Source: an uncultured Verrucomicrobia subdivision 3 bacterium (GTDB lineage: Bacteria; Verrucomicrobiota; Verrucomicrobiia; Limisphaerales; UBA11358). Taken from it: a DNA stretch of 64,000 bases. Below, piece by piece: positions 37,154-46,000 of this stretch. Both the position numbers and the translations under genes were made by a program. How positions within the stretch are numbered: the stretch's first letter is position 1; each line of letters begins with the position of its first letter. The notes beneath the pieces were generated by a model that saw only the letters and a list, made by a program, of their open reading frames with translations, ran no database searches and had not been told where the DNA came from. The stretch covers positions 1,907 through 65,906 of the forward strand of contig CAIPKV010000025.1 of NCBI GenBank assembly GCA_903865745.1, written 5' to 3'.

Positions 37154-39430
37154 ATGGCTACATCACACATTTGGAAATTCTTCCGCGCCGGCGGCTTTAA
37201 TCAGGTTGTCATCGGCACGGGCGCCGACCTCGCCAACCTCGACCAGCTCGACCAGAAACTTTGGGTCGCCCTCGCCTGCCCCACCACCGGCATCGAATTT
37301 GATCCGACCACGCTCGCGCTCATCGACACCGATAAGGACGGTCGCGTGCGTGCGCCGGAACTCATCGCCGCCGCCAAGTGGGCCGCCGGCCTCATCAAGA
37401 ATCCGGATGACCTGCTCAAAGGCAGCCCCACGCTCAAACCCTCCGCCATCAATGACGCCACGCCGGAAGGTAAATTGATCGCCAACTTTGCGCGCCAGGT
37501 TTTGGGCAAGGCCGATGACGGCGAAGTGACTTTTGACGAAGCCGCCGCCGCCGCCGCGACCTTCGCCGCCAAGCCCTTCAACGGCGACGGCATCATCCCC
37601 GCCGAGTCCGCCAGCGACGACGCGACGAAAGCCGTCATTGCCGACATCATCAACTGCCTCGGCGCGGATGCCGATGTGAGCGGCAAGCCCGGCGTGAGCC
37701 AGGCCAAGGTGGACCAGTTTTTTGCCGAAGCCGCCGCGTATTCCGATTGGTGGAAGAAGGCCGAAGCCGACGCCACCGTACTGCCGCTCGGCGTGAATAC
37801 CGAGGCCGCCGCCGCCGCCGTCAAGGCAGTCAAGGTGAAGGTGGAAGATTACTTTGCGCGCGGCCGGCTCGCCGCCTTTGACCCGCGCTCCGTCAACGCG
37901 CTCAACCGCGATGAAAAAGATTACGTGGCGCTCGGCACAAAAGATTTGACCAATAATCACGCCGATATCGCCGGCCTGCCGCTCGCGCAAGTCGGCGCAA
38001 CCACGCCGTTGCCGCTCACGCAAGGCATTAATCCCGCGTGGGCCGGCGCGATTGCGGCACTGCAAACGAACGCCATCGTGCCACTGCTCGGCGCGCGGAC
38101 GGTGTTGACGGAGGCGGATTGGAACGCGCTCACCGGCAAGCTCGCCGCGTTCGACGCGTGGAACGCCAGCAAGACCGGCGGCGCCATCGAGAAAATCGGT
38201 CTGGCCCGCGCGCGGGAAATTCTCGCCAGCAAGGCGAAGGAAACGTTGACCGCGCTCATCGCGAAGGACGCCGCGGAAGCGGGCAATTCCACCGCCGTCA
38301 TCGGCCTGCACCGGCTGATTCATTATCATCGCGACCTCGCGAAGCTCTGCCGCAACTTCGTCAACTTCGCGGATTTCTACGGCCGCAAGGACAAGGCCAT
38401 TTTCCAAGCGGGCACGCTGTATCTCGACCAGCGCAGTTGCGACCTGTGCCTCACGGTGGACGACGCCGGCCGACACGCGACGATGGCGGGCATGGCGGGC
38501 ACTTACCTGGCCTACTGCGATTGCGTCCGTAAGGGCACCGGTGAGAAGTTGTCCATCGTCGCCGCGTTCACCGGCGGCGATTCTGATAACTTAATTGTCG
38601 GTCGCAACGGCATTTTCTACGACCGCGCGGGTCGCGACTGGGATGCCACCATCAGCAAGATTGTGGAAAATCCCATCAGCGTCCGGCAGGCCTTCTGGTC
38701 GCCGTACAAAAAACTGGTGCGCATGATCGAAGAACGCGCCGCCAAAGCCGCCGCCGATGCCGATGCCCAATCCAATGCAAACCTGACAGCCGTGGCGAAT
38801 ACGCCCGTCTCCCCGACGGCGGCTCCAGCTGCGCCGGCAAAATCCGCCTTCGATCCGAGTGTCATCGCCTTGCTCAGCTTGGCCTTCGGTGCCTTGGCCA
38901 CGGCATTCGCAGGCTTCTTGACCTTCCTTGGTAGATTTAACGAAGATCAATGGAAGCTGCCGCTGGTTATTCTTGGCATCATGCTATTGATTTCCTCGCC
39001 GTCCATGGCCATTGCGTGGCTGAAACTGCGCAAGCGCAACCTTGGTCCGATTCTCGACGCCAACGGCTGGGCAGTGAACGCCAAGGCGAAGATGAACGTG
39101 CCATTCGGTGGTGCGCTTACCGGGGTGGCGGCGCTGCCGCCGGGCGCGACGTTCGGGGCGCCGGACAAATATGCGGAGAAGCCGTCCGCCTGGCCGAAAG
39201 TTCTGGCGGTCGCGTTCGCACTGTGGTTCGTCTGGGCATTCCTCAACGACAGTCAAGGGCGGCTCTACAATTGGACGGATGGTCAATACGGCACGCCGCC
39301 GCTATCGGTCCGCGAACAGATTGCCAAAGACAAACAAGACAAACTCAACAAAGCCAAGGCTTCTGTTTCGGGCACCAACGCCGTGCCAGCCACGGTTTCG
39401 GCGGTAACCAACGCGGTTCCAACGAAATAA
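37154..39430 (+). CDS. Large membrane protein with an N-terminal canonical EF-hand loop, function unknown
   Basis: The start at ATG 37154 is preceded by AAAGGA. DTDKDGRVRAPE matches the 12-residue EF-hand loop pattern D-x-D-x-D-G-x-(hydrophobic)-x-x-x-E. The C-terminal region has 3 or more TM helices. Confidence 0.7.
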   Translation: MATSHIWKFFRAGGFNQVVIGTGADLANLDQLDQKLWVALACPTTGIEFDPTTLALIDTDKDGRVRAPELIAAAKWAAGLIKNPDDLLKGSPTLKPSAINDATPEGKLIANFARQVLGKADDGEVTFDEAAAAAATFAAKPFNGDGIIPAESASDDATKAVIADIINCLGADADVSGKPGVSQAKVDQFFAEAAAYSDWWKKAEADATVLPLGVNTEAAAAAVKAVKVKVEDYFARGRLAAFDPRSVNALNRDEKDYVALGTKDLTNNHADIAGLPLAQVGATTPLPLTQGINPAWAGAIAALQTNAIVPLLGARTVLTEADWNALTGKLAAFDAWNASKTGGAIEKIGLARAREILASKAKETLTALIAKDAAEAGNSTAVIGLHRLIHYHRDLAKLCRNFVNFADFYGRKDKAIFQAGTLYLDQRSCDLCLTVDDAGRHATMAGMAGTYLAYCDCVRKGTGEKLSIVAAFTGGDSDNLIVGRNGIFYDRAGRDWDATISKIVENPISVRQAFWSPYKKLVRMIEERAAKAAADADAQSNANLTAVANTPVSPTAAPAAPAKSAFDPSVIALLSLAFGALATAFAGFLTFLGRFNEDQWKLPLVILGIMLLISSPSMAIAWLKLRKRNLGPILDANGWAVNAKAKMNVPFGGALTGVAALPPGATFGAPDKYAEKPSAWPKVLAVAFALWFVWAFLNDSQGRLYNWTDGQYGTPPLSVREQIAKDKQDKLNKAKASVSGTNAVPATVSAVTNAVPTK

Positions 39431-39444
39431 ACTTTGATTCGACC

Positions 39445-39478
39445 AAGCCCGGACGTGCGCGTCCGGGCTTTTTATTTT
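39445..39478 (+). terminator. Rho-independent terminator
   Basis: Perfect 11-bp stem aagcccggacg / cgtccgggctt with a 4-nt loop, followed by TTTTTATTTT. Confidence 0.75.
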
Positions 39479-39503
39479 CACCGGTTGTGACAAAATTGTT
39501 TTG

Positions 39504-40160
39504 ATGCCGCGCGAAAGCACCATAGATAAGTTTGAACGGACGCAGAAAATCCTGGCTGCGTTGAAGCGCGTTTATCCCGACGCGCATTGTGAGCTGAACT
39601 TTACTTCCCCGCTGCAATTGCTCGTAGCCACCATTCTTTCCGCGCAATGCACCGACAAACGCGTGAACCTCGTAACGACGGAGCTGTTCAAGAAGTTTGG
39701 CACCGCAAAAGATTTTGCCGAGGCACCGCTGGCGGAAATTGAGGAGGCCGTGAAGTCCACCGGTTTTTATCGCAACAAAGCGAAGAACATCAAGGCCTGC
39801 TGCATCGCGCTCGTGGAAAAGTTTGGCGGCGAAGTGCCACGCACGATGGACGAACTGCACGCGCTCGCCGGGGTCGGGCGCAAGACGGCGAACGTGGTTT
39901 TGGGAAATGCTTTTGGCATCAACGTCGGCGTGGTCGTTGATACGCACGTCACACGGCTCGCGAACCGGCTTGGCCTCGCCAAGGAAACCAATGCCGTGAA
40001 ATTGGAGCAGGTGCTGATGAAGCTCGTGCCGCCAAATGACTGGACGCTGTTCAGCCACTGGCTCATCTGGCACGGTCGCCGCCGCTGCGAAGCCCGCAAG
40101 CCGGATTGCGCCAACTGCGAAATTAAAGCGCTCTGCCCGCAGATTGGAGTGAAGGCTTGA
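39504..40160 (+). CDS. nth: Endonuclease III (DNA glycosylase/AP lyase)
   Basis: HhH-GPD motif (LHALAGVGRKTANVV), catalytic Lys/Asp context, and a C-terminal 4Fe-4S cluster loop C-x6-C-x2-C-x5-C (CEARKPDCANCEIKALC). Confidence 0.95.
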   Translation: MPRESTIDKFERTQKILAALKRVYPDAHCELNFTSPLQLLVATILSAQCTDKRVNLVTTELFKKFGTAKDFAEAPLAEIEEAVKSTGFYRNKAKNIKACCIALVEKFGGEVPRTMDELHALAGVGRKTANVVLGNAFGINVGVVVDTHVTRLANRLGLAKETNAVKLEQVLMKLVPPNDWTLFSHWLIWHGRRRCEARKPDCANCEIKALCPQIGVKA

Positions 40161-40837
40161 ACTGGCTTCTACTCAATTCCGGCCAAGGTGACGCGGCCTA
40201 TAACATGGCGCTGGACGAGGCGCTCTTAGAAAACGCCCTGAGACTCGGTGCGCCGGTCTTACGTTTCTATGGCTGGACAGTACCGGCGGCGACGTTCGGT
40301 TATTTCCAAAAGTATTCCGAGATTGCGGCGGCCACACCTCTGCATCTGCTAATCCGGCGACCGACTGGCGGCGGCCTCGTACCGCATGATGCGGATTGGA
40401 CTTATAGCTTCATCGTACCACCGGGGCATGAATGGCATTCACTTAAAGCCGAAGAAAGCTATCGTCGCATTCACGACTGGTTGCGCCTGGCGTTTGCGGA
40501 ACTGAACATTGAAACCGAACTTGCAGAGTGTTGTAAGCAGACCTTGCCCGGCCAGTGTTTTGTCGGCCATGAGAAGTTTGACCTGCTTTGGCACGGCAAA
40601 AAAATCGCGGGCGCAGCGCAGCGCCGAAATAAGCTTGGCTTGCTTATCCAAGGCTCGGTGCAGCCGCCACCAGTTTCACTTACGCGCGACAATTTCGAAT
40701 TGGCCATGAGCGCTGTGGCAGAAAAGCAGTTTGGCGTAACTTGGGCAAATTATGCACCAGATGCGGGATTAAACGAACGCGCAGAGAGGTTGGCGCAGGA
40801 GAAGTTTTCTCAGCCAGCTCACAATCAAAAGCGGTGA
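40157..40837 (+). CDS. Lipoate/biotin protein ligase (BPL_LplA_LipB) family protein
   Basis: The TTG start is preceded by GGAG. NMALDEALLE, RRPTGGG and the KIAGAAQRR motif are typical of LplA/LipB-type catalytic domains. Confidence 0.8.
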   Translation: MNWLLLNSGQGDAAYNMALDEALLENALRLGAPVLRFYGWTVPAATFGYFQKYSEIAAATPLHLLIRRPTGGGLVPHDADWTYSFIVPPGHEWHSLKAEESYRRIHDWLRLAFAELNIETELAECCKQTLPGQCFVGHEKFDLLWHGKKIAGAAQRRNKLGLLIQGSVQPPPVSLTRDNFELAMSAVAEKQFGVTWANYAPDAGLNERAERLAQEKFSQPAHNQKR

Positions 40838-40880
40838 AGAGCGTTGCCACCGACCCATACAGGCATTAACTTGCGCGCGC

Positions 40881-41561
40881 ATGATTCGGCTCGTTCTCTT
40901 CGACATTGACGGCACGCTCGTCCACACCGGGCACGCCGGCACCAAGGCGTTTGCCAAAACCTTTGCGACGGAATTCGACCTACACCACGGCTCGGAGAAA
41001 ATGAAGTTTGCTGGCCGCACGGATGTAAGTCTGGTCCGCGAATTTTTTAAGATTCACGGACTCGATGAGTCGCCCGCTCACTTCCGCCAGTTTTTTGCAC
41101 GCTACGTTTTCTGGCTCGACCACATTCTCAGCCACACCACCGGGCACGCGTGCGCCGGCGTTTTTGAATTCATCCGCGACCTGCAGGCCCTGCCCAATCC
41201 CCCCGCGCTCGGCCTGCTTACTGGCAATATCCAACTCGGCGCCGAAATCAAGCTACGCCATTTCGGCTTGTGGGAAGTTTTTCAGTTCGGTGGGTTTGCC
41301 GACGACCATGAAGATCGCAACCATATTGCCGTCGCCGCGCTGGAACGCGGGCGGCGCGTGCTGGGTAAAGATCTCCAGCCGCAGGAAATTGTTGTCATCG
41401 GGGACACCCCTTTCGACGTGCGCTGCGGCAAATTCATCGGCGCCAAAACGCTGGCAGTTGCCACCGGTGGCGCGAAGTTGGAGGAACTGAAACCGCACGC
41501 AGCAGATTGGACGGTGTCAGATTTGACCCAGATTACCGCTCAAGATGTCTGCCCGCGCTAA
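40881..41561 (+). CDS. HAD-superfamily hydrolase (phosphoglycolate-phosphatase-like)
   Basis: Motif I is LFDIDGTL and motif IV is GDTPFDV. Length is 226 aa. Confidence 0.85.
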   Translation: MIRLVLFDIDGTLVHTGHAGTKAFAKTFATEFDLHHGSEKMKFAGRTDVSLVREFFKIHGLDESPAHFRQFFARYVFWLDHILSHTTGHACAGVFEFIRDLQALPNPPALGLLTGNIQLGAEIKLRHFGLWEVFQFGGFADDHEDRNHIAVAALERGRRVLGKDLQPQEIVVIGDTPFDVRCGKFIGAKTLAVATGGAKLEELKPHAADWTVSDLTQITAQDVCPR

Positions 41562-41636
41562 TTTGGCAAAATAGGGTGAGTTTGCGCCAATGGAAGTTAA
41601 TCAGTGAACGCAGCAATCCTTTAGATTGTTGCGGAC

Positions 41637-42974
41637 ATGAAACTGACTTGGACACTTTGGCCGACACTGGCCGGAATTCTTCTAAAAAGCTCGCTGTCTG
41701 GCGCAATAGAAAACTCAAAGCCGGATTGGCTGACGGACTGCTCGGTGGGTATCAAGGAAAGCTACGACAACAATGTTTTTCTTTCCGGCGTAAATAACCC
41801 ACCGCCTTACAAGGTTCCGGCGGGTAGCGTGGCGGCGTTGAAAGACTGTTACTCATGGATTACAACTATTTCACCCAAGGTGGGTGTAAACCTTTCGCCA
41901 CTAGCCGGGACAACTAATGTACCTGTACTGGGGCTAGTATACTCACCGGACTTGGCAATTTATCACAACCAAACCTCTGAAAGCTTCAACGCGCAGCGTG
42001 TGCTAGCGACAATTAAGGGCAACCCGGAGCCCGTCAGTTTCAGCGGGGACAATAATTTTACCTATATTGACGGCAGCGGCATGGGGCCGTTCTATCCAGG
42101 CAACCAATTAAGCGCTTTTGCTACGGTGGCCGACAAGGAACGTCGCCGCCAAATAAATGACCGCGCCAATGTGAGCGTGCAATTAAACCAAGACCACTGG
42201 TTTGTCCGACCGGTCGCGTCTTTGCTGTATTACAACATGATGACGGAGCTGCTTAACACGGGCGTACCAGCAAATGTTGGCTATCAGAATTACTGCGACC
42301 GCTATGACGTAAACGGCGGGGCGGATTTCGGGTACAAGGTCGCGCCACAACTGGCGTTGACGCTAGGTTATCGCTATGGCCATCAATACCAACAACAGTA
42401 TTCATTTTCCCCCTACAGTTCATCGAGCGACTATCAGCGCCTGCTGGCTGGCATCGAGGGTAATCCGTGGACCTGGTTGACTGTAAAAATCCAGGGCGGG
42501 CCGGATTTTCGGAATTATCAGGGCGACTCCGCCACCCACACGACCCCGGTGGACGACCTGCATCCGGTTACCTACTATGACGAGGCATCGCTAACCGCCA
42601 ACTTCGCGCCGGACAACACGCTAACCTTCAAAACCAAGTCGTGGCAATGGGTTTCCTGCCTAGGCAAGACGCCTTATTTCGATAGCACCTACGAACTGGC
42701 CTGGCATCGCCAGCTCGCGAAAAAACTGGGGTTCGATCTTGGCGGGAAAATTCTGGACTGGGATTTCACGAGTGGAAATCTTAAAACCTGCCGACGTAAT
42801 GATTTAGAATATGTTGCTTCTGCCGGCTTGGGCTACGCCGTCAATTCCCATATCAGCGTCACTCTCGCCTGCTCACTGAACTGGGGCATCAATGCAGAAA
42901 GCGATGTTTCAAACCCAGGAGCCCGCCAGTTCGACCAGCAGGTAATTTCGCTTGGCACACAGTGGAAATTTTAG
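41637..42974 (+). CDS. Putative outer-membrane beta-barrel protein
   Basis: Signal peptide, alternating Tyr/Gly-rich beta-strand pattern and a C-terminal aromatic residue (...GTQWKF). Confidence 0.6.
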   Translation: MKLTWTLWPTLAGILLKSSLSGAIENSKPDWLTDCSVGIKESYDNNVFLSGVNNPPPYKVPAGSVAALKDCYSWITTISPKVGVNLSPLAGTTNVPVLGLVYSPDLAIYHNQTSESFNAQRVLATIKGNPEPVSFSGDNNFTYIDGSGMGPFYPGNQLSAFATVADKERRRQINDRANVSVQLNQDHWFVRPVASLLYYNMMTELLNTGVPANVGYQNYCDRYDVNGGADFGYKVAPQLALTLGYRYGHQYQQQYSFSPYSSSSDYQRLLAGIEGNPWTWLTVKIQGGPDFRNYQGDSATHTTPVDDLHPVTYYDEASLTANFAPDNTLTFKTKSWQWVSCLGKTPYFDSTYELAWHRQLAKKLGFDLGGKILDWDFTSGNLKTCRRNDLEYVASAGLGYAVNSHISVTLACSLNWGINAESDVSNPGARQFDQQVISLGTQWKF

Positions 42975-43080
42975 CAGGTGATTCTTTCACTACCACTATG
43001 AATTAAAACGGAAGTGATTTTATAACTTAAATAATAACTTAATAAGGATTTCAACAAATAGAGTGATTTCGTGCACTGTG

Positions 43081-46000
43081 TCATTGAATTTGGAGAATAT
43101 AGAACTGCTGGGGTCCGTTAGTGCCAGTGGCGGCGTTGGTGCAATTGAAATTACCGCTGGCATCAAATTGATTGGTGGTGGTCACGGTCCATTGTGCCAA
43201 AGGTAGTGCCAGGTTAGTTGCGGAAAGAACGTAATAATTCCAGTTGGGCGTACCACCGGTCCCTTGCCAGACCAGATTGCCTCCCGAAAAATTCACACCG
43301 GTGGTAAGCGGCGGGTTTGTGCTGACTGCGGTGAGCGAACCGTTCAGAGCCAGCTGGTTGGTGCTCCAAGACAGTCCGGAATTCAGCACCGGTAGGCTGA
43401 CGCTACTGAATGTACCGCTATACCCTCCCACCGAGTTAAACAGCTTAAAACGATCGCCGGCAGTAAAAGCTTCTACACCGCTATTGGTCACCAGTAGCGA
43501 GCCGGCTTCGGTCAGCGTGCCCGAGACGTAAATGGCGGTATTGGTGAGAGGCGAATGTTGCACTTGCAGGATGGTGGTACTGCCGGTATTCAACGTGAGA
43601 TTGTTGCCGATAGAAAGCGAGTCCGTAACGTTGCCCACGGACAGCACGCCGCCAGATGCCACCGTGACGGATCCGCTAATCGCGCCGTTGCCGGACAAGA
43701 CGCCGCCGTTTTGAACCAGTACATTGCCCGAACCCGTGGCGGAGCCAATGGGATTATTGGCGATTAGTGTCGTGTTGGTCACGATGGTGTTGCCCGAATA
43801 AATATTTCCGCCTAGTAAAGTCAGCACGCCGCCGGGCAACGAACTTTTTACCGTAAGCGAACCGCTACCGCCGTTGCCCAAAGTGTTTGTATAGGCGATA
43901 GCGTTGCCATTGACATCAATCGTGGCATTGGTAGCCAGTGTCACGGTTTGAGCCACGCCACCACTTAAGCCGGTGCTGCCGGCGGAAGTGTCCTGCGTGA
44001 TGTCCACCGCCGAATTCATCAGCGTGGCGGCATACTGCAGATTGCCGCCGGCGAACGTCAGGCCGCCATAGACAGCACCGCCCAGCCCCCAAACGCTGTT
44101 GATATTCAACGTGCCGCTGTATAGCACCGTACCACCAGCAAAGCCGTTGCCTGCGGAATTCAAGACCACCGTGCCGGTGGCCATTACGGCGGTAGGATTC
44201 GCCGTACCGGTACCGGTGCCGGGCAGCAGTCCGAGAGTGTTACCATTGGCACTCGACGCCGGAATACCAATGGCCAACTGACCCGCGCCACCAATATAGC
44301 CGTCCACCGTCAATGTATTGCCAGCCATTGCGGCTAGACCACCCCCATTGCTTAAAAGATAAAGCTGGCGCTGGTTGGCACCGGCATTGTCCAAGGTGAA
44401 CGTCCCATTGGCAGCGAGCGTACCACCGTTCAAGTTCACTGCGGTGCCGGAAGCTGCCGCACCAAGTGAACCATTGCCGGCAATCAGGGTTACGCCGCCG
44501 TTTAAGTAGCTTTGTCCGGTATAATTGTTGCCGTAGTTATTGAGCACCACCGTGCCTGGACCCGCTTGTTCGTAGGCGTCATCGTAATAAGTTGTGCTGT
44601 GGTTTGGCCGATTGATTGTGGAGTTGATAATCAATTCACCAGCCAAGTTGTTTTGCCATAATATCTCCGGGCCATTGCCGGTTGTGTTGGGCCGCAAATT
44701 GGAAATATTGAAAGATACGTTATAGGTGCCGACATTGGGGGTCACCAAAATATCGGCTGTCTGTAATGTTGTATAAGAGGAATTATTGTTAACACTTTGA
44801 TTGGCTCCCGAGCTGGTGTTAAAACGCAAGCTCTGCAGATAGGGAATGCCGCTCCAACTAATGGAAGTACCCGTCAAATCAACATTACCCCCAGTTGGGC
44901 CAGCCGTGCCGCCAGCGTAAGGCGTGTAAAAGCCGGCAACCTGGCTAGCACCCACCACTGTGTATGGTGCCAATGAACCCGAGGTGGCGGCATAATCATA
45001 AAGTCCCACCGTGCCAAAGATGGCATAGTTGGCAATCAACCCGCTTCCACCGATGGTGGTGGTAGTTATGTTTGCCATGGTAACCACGATTGCTCCACCC
45101 ACCCCGGTCGTAGCCGGACCGATGAATTCAACCAAGTCACCCGAATTGAGCGTGGTGGCAATCGTACTCAAGGCTACAGTAGGAATATTGGCACCTGAAA
45201 TTGGCGCGGCGGAAATGACCGATGTGCCCGCATTTAAAGTTGTTGCAGTAAACGTTTGGCTGCTGGCATTTCCGCTGTTGCCGGTAATTTGCAGTTTGCT
45301 GCCAGCAAGTGTCATGCTATTGGCGGCGGCAACAATATTACTCGTTGGAGAATTAGTGATGGTGAAATCCAAATTAAATAAACCCGTGTCAACCGTAATT
45401 CCGCCGGTGAAAGAATTGGTCACCCCACCAAGCAAGAGCGTTCCGGAACCAGTCTTCGTCAAACCCGCCGTGCCAGCCATAGGGGTGACGATGGTGGCGG
45501 ACTGATTCACGACTTCGATGACCGAGTTAGTTCCCAATGTCAAAGTATTCGTGCCAGCCAGCGTCCAGTTGTAAGTAGACGTCGAGTCACCAAAAATCAG
45601 GCTACTTATGGTACGTGGGCTGTCCAAGGTCACCGTGAGGTTTGTCGGCAGACTGAGGGTACTGAAGTCGGCGAGGTTGCCGGAACCCGCCGCTATGTCG
45701 CCGCCGACCCAGTTGTTCGTGTTACCCCAGTTGCCGTTGGTCGGTGAAATCCAAATACCATTACCAGCCACCTGCGGCGTAACACTGGCCTCGGGCGAGT
45801 TGCCACTCGTGCCGCCGGCGCCGGTAGCGGTCACGACATAAAAATAAGTCGTGCCGTTGGCAAGGCCGGTATTTGTGTAGGTCGTACCAGCATAGCCAGT
45901 GACAACAGTAACACTCTCGGTACCAGCGCTCGTGCCACGTTTCAAAGTGTAGCTAGCCGCACCGGTAGCGGTCGGCCAATTCAAGATGACTTGTCGGTTG

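Noticed and set aside
36649-37200. 183-aa and 134-aa plus-strand ORFs and a 77-aa minus ORF over array B, treated as proteins
   Set aside because: They are repeat-generated open frames that overlap each other in different frames. Strong nested hairpins argue for an RNA- or DNA-level element. The downstream gene has its own SD plus ATG at 37154.
37163-38476. 437-aa minus-strand ORF opposite the EF-hand membrane protein gene
   Set aside because: It is a shadow frame of an Ala-rich (GCC/GCG) coding region. It has no start context and no motifs.
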